DNA of 64,000 nucleotides, taken from the NCBI GenBank assembly GCA_000004985.1, contig GG738879.1; one strand, 5' to 3'. Below, in pieces: positions 11,739-23,215 of this stretch. Origin of the DNA: Naegleria gruberi. Taxonomy: Eukaryota. The notes under the pieces were generated by a model. It did not search any database and was not told the DNA's origin. It saw only the letters and a program-made list of their open reading frames with translations. Numbering within the stretch: the first letter of the stretch is position 1; the number at the start of each line of letters is the position of its first letter. The position numbers were made by a program, and so were the translations under genes.

Positions 11739-12352
11739 TGTTTGTAAACATTTCATATTATGGAATGCTAAGGAGAATAGAACTTGGGAAAGTTGTCAAT
11801 TTTTCAAAGATCAAAACACATGGATTTGACAACAAGTGAGCCAACACATGAGTGGAACAACAGAAGAGGATTTATATTGGCAACAAGTTTAATTTATTTA
11901 CTGCTGTTAAAGCTAATCCAGGATCAAGTGTTAAAATTCTTGATTTAGTTGAAATTCAAACAATTAACAGTTATGGAGATATTTGGGATAGTTTGCCAAA
12001 ACTGACTTTTCCAAAATGACTCCAAAAGAAATCATGACCTTTTATTTGAGAACTAATGGTCATTACTCTGCTCTCTTCAATAATGATTATCAAACTTAAT
12101 CAAACTGATGGTGGTCTTGTTCGATCGAGACAACCAATAGAATGTAAAACCAATCAATAAAAAGAGTGTAATCAATATGGAAAGTTGGAAATAAATTACT
12201 GTGAAATATCTATATAGAAGGTATGCTCATGTTCACAGTGAATAATACTCTAAAAATAACATGAACATATAAATGGCAAATCTTTAAACAAGTTTCTTAA
12301 ATGAACCTTAAAAAACTTTAAAAAATTAGCACAAACATCAACCAACCAACAT

Positions 12353-12841
12353 ATGAAGAAGATTCTAAACAAGAGAACAACAGCTAACAAGACAACGGTT
12401 GATAATGCTGCTGCACCGAATAAGAAGGAAGGAAGTAGCATAACTTTGCAAGAAGCTTATTCCGAAGCCTTGTTAAGTAATGAATCAGGAAGAAGACAAC
12501 AACAGACAACAAGCTTATTTAAAGAAGAAGAAGAAGAAATATATGAAGGCTATTTTGTATTTTCATCATCATTAATTAATAATCACCAGTTTGATGATGA
12601 TCAAAATGATGAGAAAATTGAACAATTAATTATAAAAGGAAAACAAAGAGATGAGAACAATTTGATAATGAAGAAGGGAGTAGTTAAGGAAATTCATCCA
12701 TTCTATGGAGAAGTCTCATTGAATAGAGGTTCGTTTGAGGGAATGGAAGTTTCTTCAGGAAAGATTAGTTTCATTGTAAAGAAAGGTAAACAATTTAGAA
12801 GAATTTGTTTTGCTGCCTGTAAGGGAGATGTTACAGAATGA
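12353..12841 (+). CDS. Hypothetical Lys/Glu-rich protein. Overlaps the next ORF by 1 nt of frame offset and may be the 5' part of one gene.
   Basis: A 162-aa ORF. A frame switch would be needed at 12810-12841, and the only GT..AG there would make an 18-nt intron, which is too short. Confidence 0.35.
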   Translation: MKKILNKRTTANKTTVDNAAAPNKKEGSSITLQEAYSEALLSNESGRRQQQTTSLFKEEEEEIYEGYFVFSSSLINNHQFDDDQNDEKIEQLIIKGKQRDENNLIMKKGVVKEIHPFYGEVSLNRGSFEGMEVSSGKISFIVKKGKQFRRICFAACKGDVTE

Positions 12842-13724
12842 ACAGCTTTTCAAATTGGAATGGAAAATACATCAAGATATTGAACATGGAGGATGGAATT
12901 TTGTTGAAATTGATGGACGATTGGAATTTTCACATTTGGGAAAAGATGAAGAGTGGATGAATGAGAAACTTACGAATGAATATATTGAAGATGTGGAGCC
13001 AATTGTTGAAAAGTTTATCAGTTCGAAACTTGAAATGATTTCTGTATTGGGAGCTTACAATTGGCAAAATATCTTGTCCTATCTCCATGTGAAAGATTTG
13101 AATACTTGCTATCAAACTTGTAAGATAATGAGAGAGTTGATTTCCTCGAGAGATTTTCTTATCAAGCTCATTGAATCTCAGTGTATAACATTACCAGAAA
13201 TGTACTATCAGGAATCTCAAAGAAATTTAAAACATTGTAAGAAAATTGACTTGTTGAAGCTGTACTATGACAGAAGAGATAAGCTTAGTTGGGGAAGAAA
13301 GTTGAATGGAAGTTATATCATTTGGTTGAATGAAAATTATTGGAAAACCAAAAAGTCATCAAGCAGTGTATTTGGAAAGATTATCAAACTGAGTTCTGTT
13401 TGGTGGTTTGACTTTGGAGCAACCTTAACTCTGAGAAGAGGTCGTTACAAGGTTTCACTCCGTTACAAAACCACTTCTAATGCTTGTGGATTGGCTGATA
13501 GCACTTTTAATGTCATTTCAACAAGTCCACCAAACTCTCACGTTGATACAACCTCCATGAATACTTTGTGTAAATTTAGTAGTGATCAGTGGACATTGTT
13601 ACCACTTGGAGAAGTTCGAGTTGAGGCAGATACAGGATCATTAACCATTCAGATTTTTGATCATAATAATACATACAAGGCAGGATTGAAAATTGATTAT
13701 TTGCTATTTGAAAAATACAATTAA
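12825..13724 (+). CDS. F-box-like domain protein with a C-terminal beta-rich domain.
   Basis: An ATG at 12825 lies in the frame of track ORF 12810..13724. Motif ISVLGAYNWQNILSYLHVKDLNTCYQTCKIMRELI is F-box-like. Confidence 0.5.
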   Translation, partial: EMLQNEQLFKLEWKIHQDIEHGGWNFVEIDGRLEFSHLGKDEEWMNEKLTNEYIEDVEPIVEKFISSKLEMISVLGAYNWQNILSYLHVKDLNTCYQTCKIMRELISSRDFLIKLIESQCITLPEMYYQESQRNLKHCKKIDLLKLYYDRRDKLSWGRKLNGSYIIWLNENYWKTKKSSSSVFGKIIKLSSVWWFDFGATLTLRRGRYKVSLRYKTTSNACGLADSTFNVISTSPPNSHVDTTSMNTLCKFSSDQWTLLPLGEVRVEADTGSLTIQIFDHNNTYKAGLKIDYLLFEKYN

Positions 13725-13935
13725 ATATTATTGTATTCTAATGTGAATAATCTTAATTTGCAACAATACTTATGAAATATTGGTATCTCTATATGAACTT
13801 TTGGGTAATCGTATGTATATATTTATGGAAATTACTCAAATTTGGAATTGTTATAAATACTGAGAAAATTGCCAACCAAGATTTTGTTTAATATTCTACA
13901 ACGCATCGGCTTTTAATTTTCAAAACTTATAAAAC

Positions 13936-15561
13936 ATGCCCGTTACACCTCTTCAATCCAACAAGGAATCTGAACGCAATAACAACCGAACCCCAAAGAA
14001 GAGAAAATCAAAATTTTCATTTCTCTCTTCACAATTCTTTCCGTCAACAGTCAATTCATTAGAAGATGATGCAAATGTTGAATTTGAATTACCAGCCACT
14101 CCTAAAGAATTCAAACCAGCCGAAAGTAAATTAAAGAAAGTAGTAGAAAGGAAAATTACCACCACTACTTTCAATTTCATTGATGAATCAATTGGAGATC
14201 CCTTCATCTTTTATCAAATTCTATCTTATCTTCCAGTCAGTTCTCATCTTGCAACAAGTCTTGATATGGGTAAAATCTTCTCATTCGATTATTGTGTACA
14301 GTATACAAGAAGAGAACTTTACAAAAAAATGGAACATTCTCTATTAAATTGCATGTTGGTTCATTCTCGATGGTATGAATTAATTGATAGGGACATCTTT
14401 TTCAAGATTATTGTAAATTCACAGTTTACAAAATATTTTCAATTTTATTACAATGAACGAGTTTACAATAACGCCATTACAAATGAAATGGATAGATTTT
14501 GGAGGAATACTCTACGAGATATTGTGGAAAACTTTCGGTGGAGTCCTTTCATTTCAAGAGAAAAGGAATATTTCTATAATTATTGGAATTCGAAAGATCA
14601 TGGATTGTTAAGTTTCTTATCTGATTGTTTCCAAGAAGATTTGGTTAGTGAATCGAGTAGTGGAGCTGATACCACCTCTAATTGCGAAAAATCAGTATTT
14701 GCAATGATACGAGACGAAAGTGAGAAGGTTTATATTTGTAGAGGTGGAAGAATTCAAAGTAATGGAAAGGTAATTCAAGCACCAGTTGAGAAGATTCCCA
14801 GATTGAAGTGTACTTATCAATTATTCAGAACTGATAAGCCAATTCTATGTGATATGATTGTAGACTTTCAAGTTTGTAATTTACCTATTAGAAAGTCAGA
14901 AGAAACTATTCCACCTTCTCATGAAATGCTCAACATTCACCAAGATAACTTTATTCTACTTGGAATTATCGATAGTGATCTGTTAAACTCAAGAGGCGAC
15001 TATCTGTCATGTCCAGAACAAACATCACTAGTGACAGATGTCATGACAGAATCAAGTAGTGCCAAATTCAACTATCTTGGGGAGTACAATCTCCAAAGTA
15101 GATTTAGAGGAAGACAACGTGAAATTAATCTCAATCTTGGTTATGCTTCAAATGGTTTCATTTCGTATTCCACAATTATAGATGGAAAGTTCACAGAAAG
15201 ATGGCGAATTGGTGACATTATTAGTTTCGAAATTCGTGGCATTAATTCATTCCTCGACAAGACAGCTACCAGTAGAAAGAAGGAGTATGCCTCTATTACC
15301 ATTATTCGAAACGGAAGATTCGTCTGCCATGTTGAAGACTTTATGATATTGAATCGAACAGTTTCCATCAGAGAAAATTCACCAAATCCATTTCCTAAAC
15401 TGTATTATTTCGCGTGCAACTTTTACTATGGTTCAGTTGCCTCATCACTTAATCAAAATCCTCAAGTCTCGTCGAACCTGTCACAAAATTCGAATTCCTT
15501 GACAGCCAATCAAAATAATTATGTTCCCGCCATTAGAATTAATAGAGTAACTTATTTGTAA
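13936..15561 (+). CDS. F-box-like protein (541 aa), a tandem neighbour of the preceding F-box-like gene.
   Basis: Motif FIFYQILSYLPVSSHLATSLDMGKIF...RWYELI. Single ORF starting at an ATG. Confidence 0.5.
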   Translation: MPVTPLQSNKESERNNNRTPKKRKSKFSFLSSQFFPSTVNSLEDDANVEFELPATPKEFKPAESKLKKVVERKITTTTFNFIDESIGDPFIFYQILSYLPVSSHLATSLDMGKIFSFDYCVQYTRRELYKKMEHSLLNCMLVHSRWYELIDRDIFFKIIVNSQFTKYFQFYYNERVYNNAITNEMDRFWRNTLRDIVENFRWSPFISREKEYFYNYWNSKDHGLLSFLSDCFQEDLVSESSSGADTTSNCEKSVFAMIRDESEKVYICRGGRIQSNGKVIQAPVEKIPRLKCTYQLFRTDKPILCDMIVDFQVCNLPIRKSEETIPPSHEMLNIHQDNFILLGIIDSDLLNSRGDYLSCPEQTSLVTDVMTESSSAKFNYLGEYNLQSRFRGRQREINLNLGYASNGFISYSTIIDGKFTERWRIGDIISFEIRGINSFLDKTATSRKKEYASITIIRNGRFVCHVEDFMILNRTVSIRENSPNPFPKLYYFACNFYYGSVASSLNQNPQVSSNLSQNSNSLTANQNNYVPAIRINRVTYL

Positions 15562-15797
15562 TGCAACTAGTGTTGCTAATTCTGTAGTAAAAAGCGAGAA
15601 AAATCACCTTAATTAGTTTTCAATATTGGGCAATACGAAGTAGTTATTCAATACCTTGAAGGTAAGACTTAAACTGGATTTAGAATACTGACTAAATTGG
15701 AAAATGAACATTCTAAACTTTCCAAAAACATAGCATGTCCAATTTTTGTTATGAACATGGCTAAAGATTTTTCATAATAATTCTGAAAAACAAGAAA

Positions 15798-17992
15798 ATG
15801 GAACGAAATGCTCCCACCCACTTGACCAAAATAAATGATCTTGATGAACGTACTTTGAGAAAATTGTTGGTTAAAGCCACAAAGATTAAATCCAATCCAT
15901 CAATCTATTCTCACAGAATGGAAGATAAGGTTTGTCATCTTTCTTAATCAAAATTTTAACCAATAATCCACAGTCACTGTTAATGTTATTTGAAAAACCG
16001 TCACTTCGTACACGTCTTTCATTCGAAACAGCAATGACATCATTTGGTGGAAATGCCATCTATTATAGTGCCGATGAAGGACCGTTCGGAAAGAAGGAAA
16101 ATGTAAAGGATACTGCCATGTGTGCAGCTCAATATGTTGATGCATTTGTGTTGAGATTAAAGTCTAGAGAAAGTTTGTTGGAATTTGTAAAATATTCAAA
16201 AGTTCCTGTTATAAATGCCTTAGATGATTGGGCTCATCCTTGTCAAATATTGGCTGACCTGTTTACCATTGCAGAATTGAAATTAAATCCAAAACCACTC
16301 CACGAAAATCATCTCAACTTTGATAGACTGAAAATGGCTTACTATGGTGATTGTAGAAATAATGTCACTTATGATTTGATGAGAGCTGCTGCCATGATGA
16401 ATTTCAAACTCGTTCTCTCTTGCCCTGATAATGATGACTATAAACCAGTCCAAGAAGTTTGGGATGAAATCAAGAGAATCAATGAGAAGAGTGTAGAATG
16501 GATTGAAAATCCACTTGAAGCTTCTAAGGGATGTGATGTCATCTATACAGATTCATGGATGTCCTACCACATTCCTGAAAGTATGCTTCAAACCAGAGAA
16601 CAAGCATTGAAAAACTATCAAGTTAACATGCCAATATTGAAAAATGCAAAGAGTGATGTTATTTTCATGCATTGCCTTCCTGCAAAACGTTCTGAAGAAG
16701 TTACAGATGAAGTGATGGACTCTGTACATTCAGTTATCTATCATCAAGCATGGAATAGACAATGGGCTCAACAAGCACTCCTCCTCTATGTCATCTATGG
16801 ACCCAGTATCTTTTCAGAACACGAATATGAATCCGAGCTCTTATCAGAGGAAAAGTACTTTGCTATGGCTCCAAAACATCTTGGAACGATGCACTCCATT
16901 AGTAAGAAGAAGCACGAGTCTGTAAATAAGGGTGAAAAGAAATATCTGAAACATGGAAACAAGGAGAGAATACTTATAAGCTTTGGAGGAAATGCTCTTC
17001 AAAGTGATTCCACAAAGGAGGTAACCTATGAAGATTTACATTCCAACATTGATAAGAATTGTTCTGCACTTGCCAAATTTCTCCAAAATTGCAAGCAATC
17101 CAACATTTGCATTACACATGGAAATGGTCCTCAAGTTGGTTTCATTCACAAGGAATTGAATCATGAATCCCAAATGCCACTCGATGTTTGCGGAGCCATG
17201 TCTCAATCATTCATTGGTTATCAATTCCAACAATCCCTGATGAATAATATGCACCAACAAGACACGAAAGGAAATGTCCATGTTCGTTCTGTTACCACAC
17301 TCATCACACAAACTCTGGTGGATCAAAATGACAAGGCTTTCCAACATCCTAACAAGCCTGTTGGTAAATTCCTCTCTCCTGAAGAGTATGAATCATCAAA
17401 GAAGGACAAACAAATGATGACTTTCCACAAGTTTGATGAAGGCTACAGAAGAGTTGTTCCTTCTCCAACACCTATTGATATCATTGAATTGGACACTATC
17501 AAAACACTCTTCAATGAAGGACACTTGGTTATTTGTAATGGAGGTGGAGGTATCCCTGTTGTTAAAAGCCGAGATGAAGTTGGTGGTGATGAGAAAGCAA
17601 TGATTGGTAAAAAGCAAGCACAAAGAAAGAACCACCTGATGGGCATAGAAGCAGTCATTGACAAGGATAGATCCAGTTCCCTGCTAGCACAAAAGCTTAC
17701 TGTCGATTACTTTATCATTCTCACCAAAGTGGATCATGTCTACTTGAATTACTCTTCAAAAAAGGAGGAGAAGAAGCCTATTACTTCAATGGATGTTGAA
17801 ACTGCTCGACAATACATTACGGAAGGATGCTTTGAAGAAGGTACCATGCTACCAAAGATTGAATCAGCCACTGAATTTGTTACCAAGACTGGAAAACCTG
17901 CTCTCATCACAAGCTTGGACAATTTCATCAGAGAAACTTCCAACAATGAAATCAAACTACGTCATATTGAAGGTACTTGGATTGTTCCATAA
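15798..17992 (+). CDS. Bifunctional ornithine carbamoyltransferase-carbamate kinase fusion protein. join(15798..15929,15974..17992), ~717 aa.
   Basis: The N-terminal half carries the carbamoyltransferase motifs SLRTRLSFE (STRTR), HPCQILAD (HPxQ) and HCLPA (OTC-type HCLP). The C-terminal half carries the carbamate kinase signature ITHGNGPQVG plus the EGTMLPKIE-type C-terminus. Exon 1 (MERNAPTHL...HRMEDK) joins through a 44-nt GTTTGT..CAG intron in phase 0, restoring the conserved OTC N-terminus. Confidence 0.8.
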
Positions 17993-18787
17993 ATCTAAAA
18001 ATTCTATCATCCAACAACATTCACAACATTAATAAACAATAGTGGTGATTATTCGTGATATTTAAATCAAAACAAGAAAAAAATTCCCTTCATGTTGATT
18101 GAACTTGGTGTTGCTTTTATTTTTTAAAAAATTAAAAAAAATTAAAAATGCAAAATCTGAAGATGAGAGATCAAACACATTAATATTGAAACGAGACAAC
18201 CGTTGTTTAGTATTAATAGTAGGATGAAATATTGTTGTGCTTTGCTTTTTTGAAAAGGATCTCCATTACCTGAAATTTCATCAATATTTGCTTACTATGT
18301 ATCATACACACCAAAAAAATTGAAGGCTTGGTGTCCTTGATATTTCCATCACACTTTCAGTAAATATTGGAGGTAGATATTATTGTTTATCGGATCAGTA
18401 ATTCAAGGGTTTGAATTGGTCATTAAGATAATACAATTCATACAAGACAGGAGAAATTCTTGCAAAAAGCTTACCGAATCAAAGCTTCCGTATGTTATTC
18501 AATGATCAAAAGGCTTTTCAGCACAGCACATTTTCCACCAAACCTTCCTCTTTTCAAAAGTTTCATGAAACCTTGTAATAGTTGATACAAAACTATAGTA
18601 ATTTGTCCAAGATGGTCAAGTAATTACAGAAAGGGCAGGTAGTATCCTGAACGATTTAACCAAATTTTGGATGGTTGTTGACTTGTATGTACAGCCGTTG
18701 AGGGTATTTGATGGATACATTATTTTACTGCAATTACCGAGGGTTGATTGTTACAGGCAAAACACATCACAAAAAAACATCAACACA

Positions 18788-20069
18788 ATGGCAACTGACA
18801 CATTGCTCAACAAACAGAGCTATTTCGAAAGTTTGCTGACATTATCAGAATCTAACTCAACTATAACAACAACAAACACTACTCATGCCTCTATTGCCGC
18901 CCTTTTCCCTCAATTCGATGAAAATGTTGGATCCATAGTGGTTTCATGTGTCTTTCTTACATCATACGCCATTGTTCTCTCAGCTATTGCTGTACTATTA
19001 ATACGATATAGACAGGAAATGAAAAAGAACCAAGTGATTGTGTTTCTTTTAGTGTCTTGGTGTATGATACAGCAATCTATCGCCTTGGCATTCAGACTTG
19101 GATACAATGGGAAAGCTCTCTCGTTGAATTTAAACTATTCAGACTATACCACGATTGAGAACTTGAGCTCTCACTTCTTGCCAATCTACATTTGTTCTGC
19201 AATTGAAAATATGGCAGTATACTTGCAGGGAGTTGTGATTGTGGTGATCACTTGTTTCATCTTGAATATGTTGTAAGTTGTCACAACGTTTTTATTTTCA
19301 AATAACTGATATTCTAAATAGTTTGGATACTGCTCGCATTGCACATGCCATGTCAGCTAAGGCTTACAAAATCTTCAAGTACATGTTCAATATTATCATT
19401 GCAATCTTTGCTATTAGCATCCTTCTGTTGGTATTTGTTCATGTGGGTGTTATTTTGGCGTCAAAGGTTGCTCCAAATTTCAATGTGAACGTTTTCCCAA
19501 TTTTGATTGTCATCTTTTTGGCTTTTACTATAATGATTTCAATTGAATCATTGATGTTTATATTTGTTGGAGTTAAATTGATAATATTTGTGAGGAAAAA
19601 TTCTCTTAAACTTGGAGCTCAGGCCAATGCAAATTTCCTTCAAAGACCAGAAACTAAAATTGCAGGATTAATTATTGGAATGTTGATTAGTGCCTACTTC
19701 CAATTATTGGCTGCTATTGTTGGTATCATGACAACAACTTTCAATTCTACTTTCCACTTTCTCGATTATTCCTTTCAAGCTGGAGGAATTTTACTCTTCT
19801 CAATCTTTGTCTTACTGGTTTATAATCCTCTGGTTTCATTCACTGCAAAGGACGGCAACCCATCCACAGAAAGTCTCAAATCAGAGAATAACAAATCAGA
19901 GAATCACAAATCAGAGAAGATAGTTTCAGAGAAATCACTTGCTTCTCAAAGAAAGAGTCAAACCTATCCAAACTCTCCTATTCGTGAATTGGATTGTGTG
20001 TCACCAACAACTACAACATCAGGTGGTGGGCCAACAGAAGAATCCCCTCCTGAAATTGCCAAAATATAA
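18788..20069 (+). CDS. Seven-transmembrane receptor-like protein (putative GPCR) with a Ser/Lys-rich cytoplasmic tail. join(18788..19272,19322..20069).
   Basis: Seven hydrophobic helices in the spliced product. The intron is GTAAGT..AAATAG (49 nt, phase 2) and joins the two track ORFs into one frame (…ITCFILNMF LDTARIAH…). Confidence 0.65.
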
Positions 20070-20260
20070 AAAACATTGTACCATAAACTTTGATATGTTT
20101 ATTTAAAAAGGAAATAGCAAAATATAGGAAAACTGTTACTAGTGAGCTTGAATACCCTCAAAAATCTTCTAATTTTGGATGGCCACTACTTAAACCATAA
20201 TGTTTACCATCTCTGTCATGAACAATTCTTGCAAAGAATTAAAATCCAAAATAAACATAT

Positions 20261-21106
20261 TTACAGTAACTTTTGCATGTCCATTAAAACAAATTCCGTA
20301 GAGGTGTGCACACCCTCAATGATTAATTGTTCATCCTGAAGTAAATTCTTTGAATCAAAGTGAATAAAACATCCATCTCCTTCGCTTAATTCAATAATTC
20401 TGCTTGAACTATTACTTGTCACCTTGATGACAATTGGCACTTCAATATCGTCATCTTTCTTTCTTCCTTGAGATGACTTTCCACTCGTATCTTCCTTCTT
20501 TTGATTAAACAATGGAATGTGAATATAAATTTGTCTATCTGGATGGAGTGAATGTGTCACTTGTTTTCCTTCTTCCAAAACACATGACAGGGCATAGAAA
20601 TCTTGATCGATAGCAATAAGATTTTCACTCTCAGGGTCATTTACAACTTCTTTAGGGGCAATCATCATGCAAAGTTGATTCAATTTCTGAGCTTTCGAAT
20701 AATTTCTTAGTTGATAATTTGGTTTGGAATTCAAAGTTCTAGGTTTCACCCAAATTTGCAACAAATGACAAATATCCCTCTTATTTCTATTAAACTCACT
20801 ATGTTCAATTCCACTTCCAGCAGAAGTAAACTGAACTGAACCTTTCGTACAAACTTCCACATTTCCCATCGAATCAGAATGTGTCAATTGACCACTCAAC
20901 ACATACGTAAATATTTCATAATTTCTATGAGGATGCCTTCCAAATCCATTCGAAACTCCAACAAAATCCTCATTCAACACTCTCAATGGTCCAAATTGAG
21001 TAAATTTTCCATTCGAATATTTTGCAAAATTAAAGGTATGATAAGAATCCAACCAATCTTCTAGGAAATGACCTCGTTGATGAGAGGAGAGAATTTCAAA
21101 TTTCAT
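20261..21106 (-). CDS. Pirin (cupin-fold) family protein.
   Basis: Pirin motifs HPHRNYEIFTYVLSG, HSDSMGN and FTSAGSGIEHSE. Start chosen at MKFEIL, where pirin homology begins. Confidence 0.8.
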   Translation of the reverse strand: MKFEILSSHQRGHFLEDWLDSYHTFNFAKYSNGKFTQFGPLRVLNEDFVGVSNGFGRHPHRNYEIFTYVLSGQLTHSDSMGNVEVCTKGSVQFTSAGSGIEHSEFNRNKRDICHLLQIWVKPRTLNSKPNYQLRNYSKAQKLNQLCMMIAPKEVVNDPESENLIAIDQDFYALSCVLEEGKQVTHSLHPDRQIYIHIPLFNQKKEDTSGKSSQGRKKDDDIEVPIVIKVTSNSSSRIIELSEGDGCFIHFDSKNLLQDEQLIIEGVHTSTEFVLMDMQKLL

Positions 21107-21386
21107 TTTTGTGATTTTTTTTGATTTTGTTTTTTGAAAATTTTTTGATTCTAAATAAAGTTTTTTGCGTATTGGGAAGCGCATTAATTGATGAGTTAGT
21201 GCGCACTCAATTTCTGAAAGAAAAAATGCTGTAAAAAATGGGGTCAATCCTGTGGTTATTTTCTCGATCAATATAGTGGATTAGGAAACGATATTTGAAG
21301 GAAAGATAGATTTACATGTCTAGTTTATGTGGTTAAAATTTTAAAGTTTAACTCCTACTAGGAAGGGCAAAAATTGACATTTCAGA

Positions 21387-21457
21387 TGCGTCGACCGGGA
21401 ATTGAACCCGGGTCACGGCGATGGCAACGCCGTATTCTACCACTAAACCATCGACGC
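21387..21457 (-). tRNA. tRNA-Gly (anticodon GCC).
   Basis: Cloverleaf: acceptor GCGTCGA/TCGACGC, anticodon loop TTGCCAT, T-loop GGTTCAATTCC. Confidence 0.85.
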
Positions 21458-21562
21458 TTCTTGCAAATATTTTGTTAATATCGTCATGGAACCAAAAACA
21501 AAAGTGCCGGCTAGCTTTGTCCACTCAGAAACAATTCGTTCCTTTTGAAAATCATCCTGAAA

Positions 21563-22834
21563 TTAATTTCCTTTACTTTCCCATTGAGATAGAATTTCTT
21601 TGGCTTGAGCATTCTCAGGTTCCACTTCAATAACTCTTCTTAAAAAGCTTAATGCTTGTTCATCTTGTTTGAGGAGTTTGAACATGATTGCGGCAGTGAA
21701 GAGGGCTCTACTATTGTTTGGATTCAATTGTACACCCTTCAAACAACTTTCCAAAGAAGTGTCGAGGTTTTTCATTTCAAAGAGAAGATCTGCCTTGGTA
21801 AGATATAAATTGGATAGCAATTCAGTGTTGGATGGGTCAATCTTTTCAATAATTCCAATTACTGTATCGGTATCTTGAATGCAGCGTTCAAAATCACCAG
21901 CTCTCAAATAACATTCAGCTCTAGTATAGTAGGCATTGAATCGAATATCATTGCTGCTCATTGCACTGCTTGTTTGAGAAGTATCCTGCTTTTCAAAATC
22001 GTTAATAATAATTGTCAAATCATTGATTGCTTGTTCAAATTCTCCCAAATTCACATGACAAAGTGCCTTAAAATAGTAACAAGCACTTGCATCAAGAGTT
22101 GAAATTTGACTAGCAGTCATGACAAGCTTTTCATTATCAACCTTTTGTTCACTCAAAACCTTAATCATTTCAGTAAAATCAGCAATTGCTTCTCTAAACT
22201 TTTGCAAGTGGAAATAACAAGAAGCTCTATTATAAAATCCAAGAGTATGTGATCCATGATCCTTAAATTCCAAAACCTTACTATAATGTTGAATAGCATC
22301 TTCATATTTCTCCATAGATTTCACACAATTTCCAGCTCCGAGCCATGCCTTAACAATCACATCTCCATAATACCCACGATGCTCATCAGTCAATGCACTT
22401 TCATAAATCTCAATAAATCTACAATATTCATCAAAACCATCTTGAAATTTCCCCATAAATTCCAAAGTATTGGCAATCTGGAAAACTATGGATGGATTAT
22501 TTGGTTCCAACTCTTCGGCATGAACAAAATGTTCCAAAGCCTTTGGAAAATTCCTTTGTGAATATTCTTCCATTCCCGAATTAAAAAGTACTTCGGCAGG
22601 ATTTGTTGTTGTATAATTATTGTTATTGCTATTGCTATTAGTATCATGATGATCTTCTCGGATCATGGATGTTAATGAAAAATGTCTTTTTTGGCAATTG
22701 TTAATACTATTAGTATTGCCAAGCTTTCTGAAATTAATTAAATTGAAAGAAGACCTCTTGATTCTCTGAATGATGGTGGTTCGGTTGAACAATAATTTTT
22801 GAGAACAAGTTTTGCCAAGCTTGGAGAGCAACAT
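21563..22834 (-). CDS. TPR-repeat protein (423 aa) with a possible N-terminal mitochondrial presequence.
   Basis: Multiple 34-aa TPR-like repeats (A..Y..RA.CY...G.F..A..D). The N-terminus is basic and hydroxylated. Confidence 0.6.
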   Translation of the reverse strand: MLLSKLGKTCSQKLLFNRTTIIQRIKRSSFNLINFRKLGNTNSINNCQKRHFSLTSMIREDHHDTNSNSNNNNYTTTNPAEVLFNSGMEEYSQRNFPKALEHFVHAEELEPNNPSIVFQIANTLEFMGKFQDGFDEYCRFIEIYESALTDEHRGYYGDVIVKAWLGAGNCVKSMEKYEDAIQHYSKVLEFKDHGSHTLGFYNRASCYFHLQKFREAIADFTEMIKVLSEQKVDNEKLVMTASQISTLDASACYYFKALCHVNLGEFEQAINDLTIIINDFEKQDTSQTSSAMSSNDIRFNAYYTRAECYLRAGDFERCIQDTDTVIGIIEKIDPSNTELLSNLYLTKADLLFEMKNLDTSLESCLKGVQLNPNNSRALFTAAIMFKLLKQDEQALSFLRRVIEVEPENAQAKEILSQWESKGN

Positions 22835-23215
22835 TTTTTTAATCTTGTTTTCAATCAGTTTTGTGTGTTCAGGCCTTTCGTTTACTGGTCTTTGTAATAA
22901 TCATATTTTGGAGTCTAGGTATTCGAAATATTGCTGGAGATTTAGTAGTTGTTGGAAAATGAAAAGAACAAACGATTATTTGGATCAGCAGATCTTGAAT
23001 GATGATGGAAGGTCAATCAAGGTCACATCTCCAACAAGGAATTGAGAAATGAAAAATCGAAATCACTCTTCAGAATGAAACACTTTGATAGAAGGGATAA
23101 ATTGTCAAGATCTACCAACAACAATCATATTACAATACATGCTGCATTCATCACTTAAAAAAAAACGCCAACAAGAAACGTGTGTTGATTTTCAATCACT
23201 CCACAGTCACACAGT

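Noticed and set aside
21421-21633. 70-aa ORF overlapping tRNA-Gly
   Set aside because: It overlaps the tRNA-Gly(GCC) gene on the opposite strand and the 3' end of the TPR gene. There is no coding signal.
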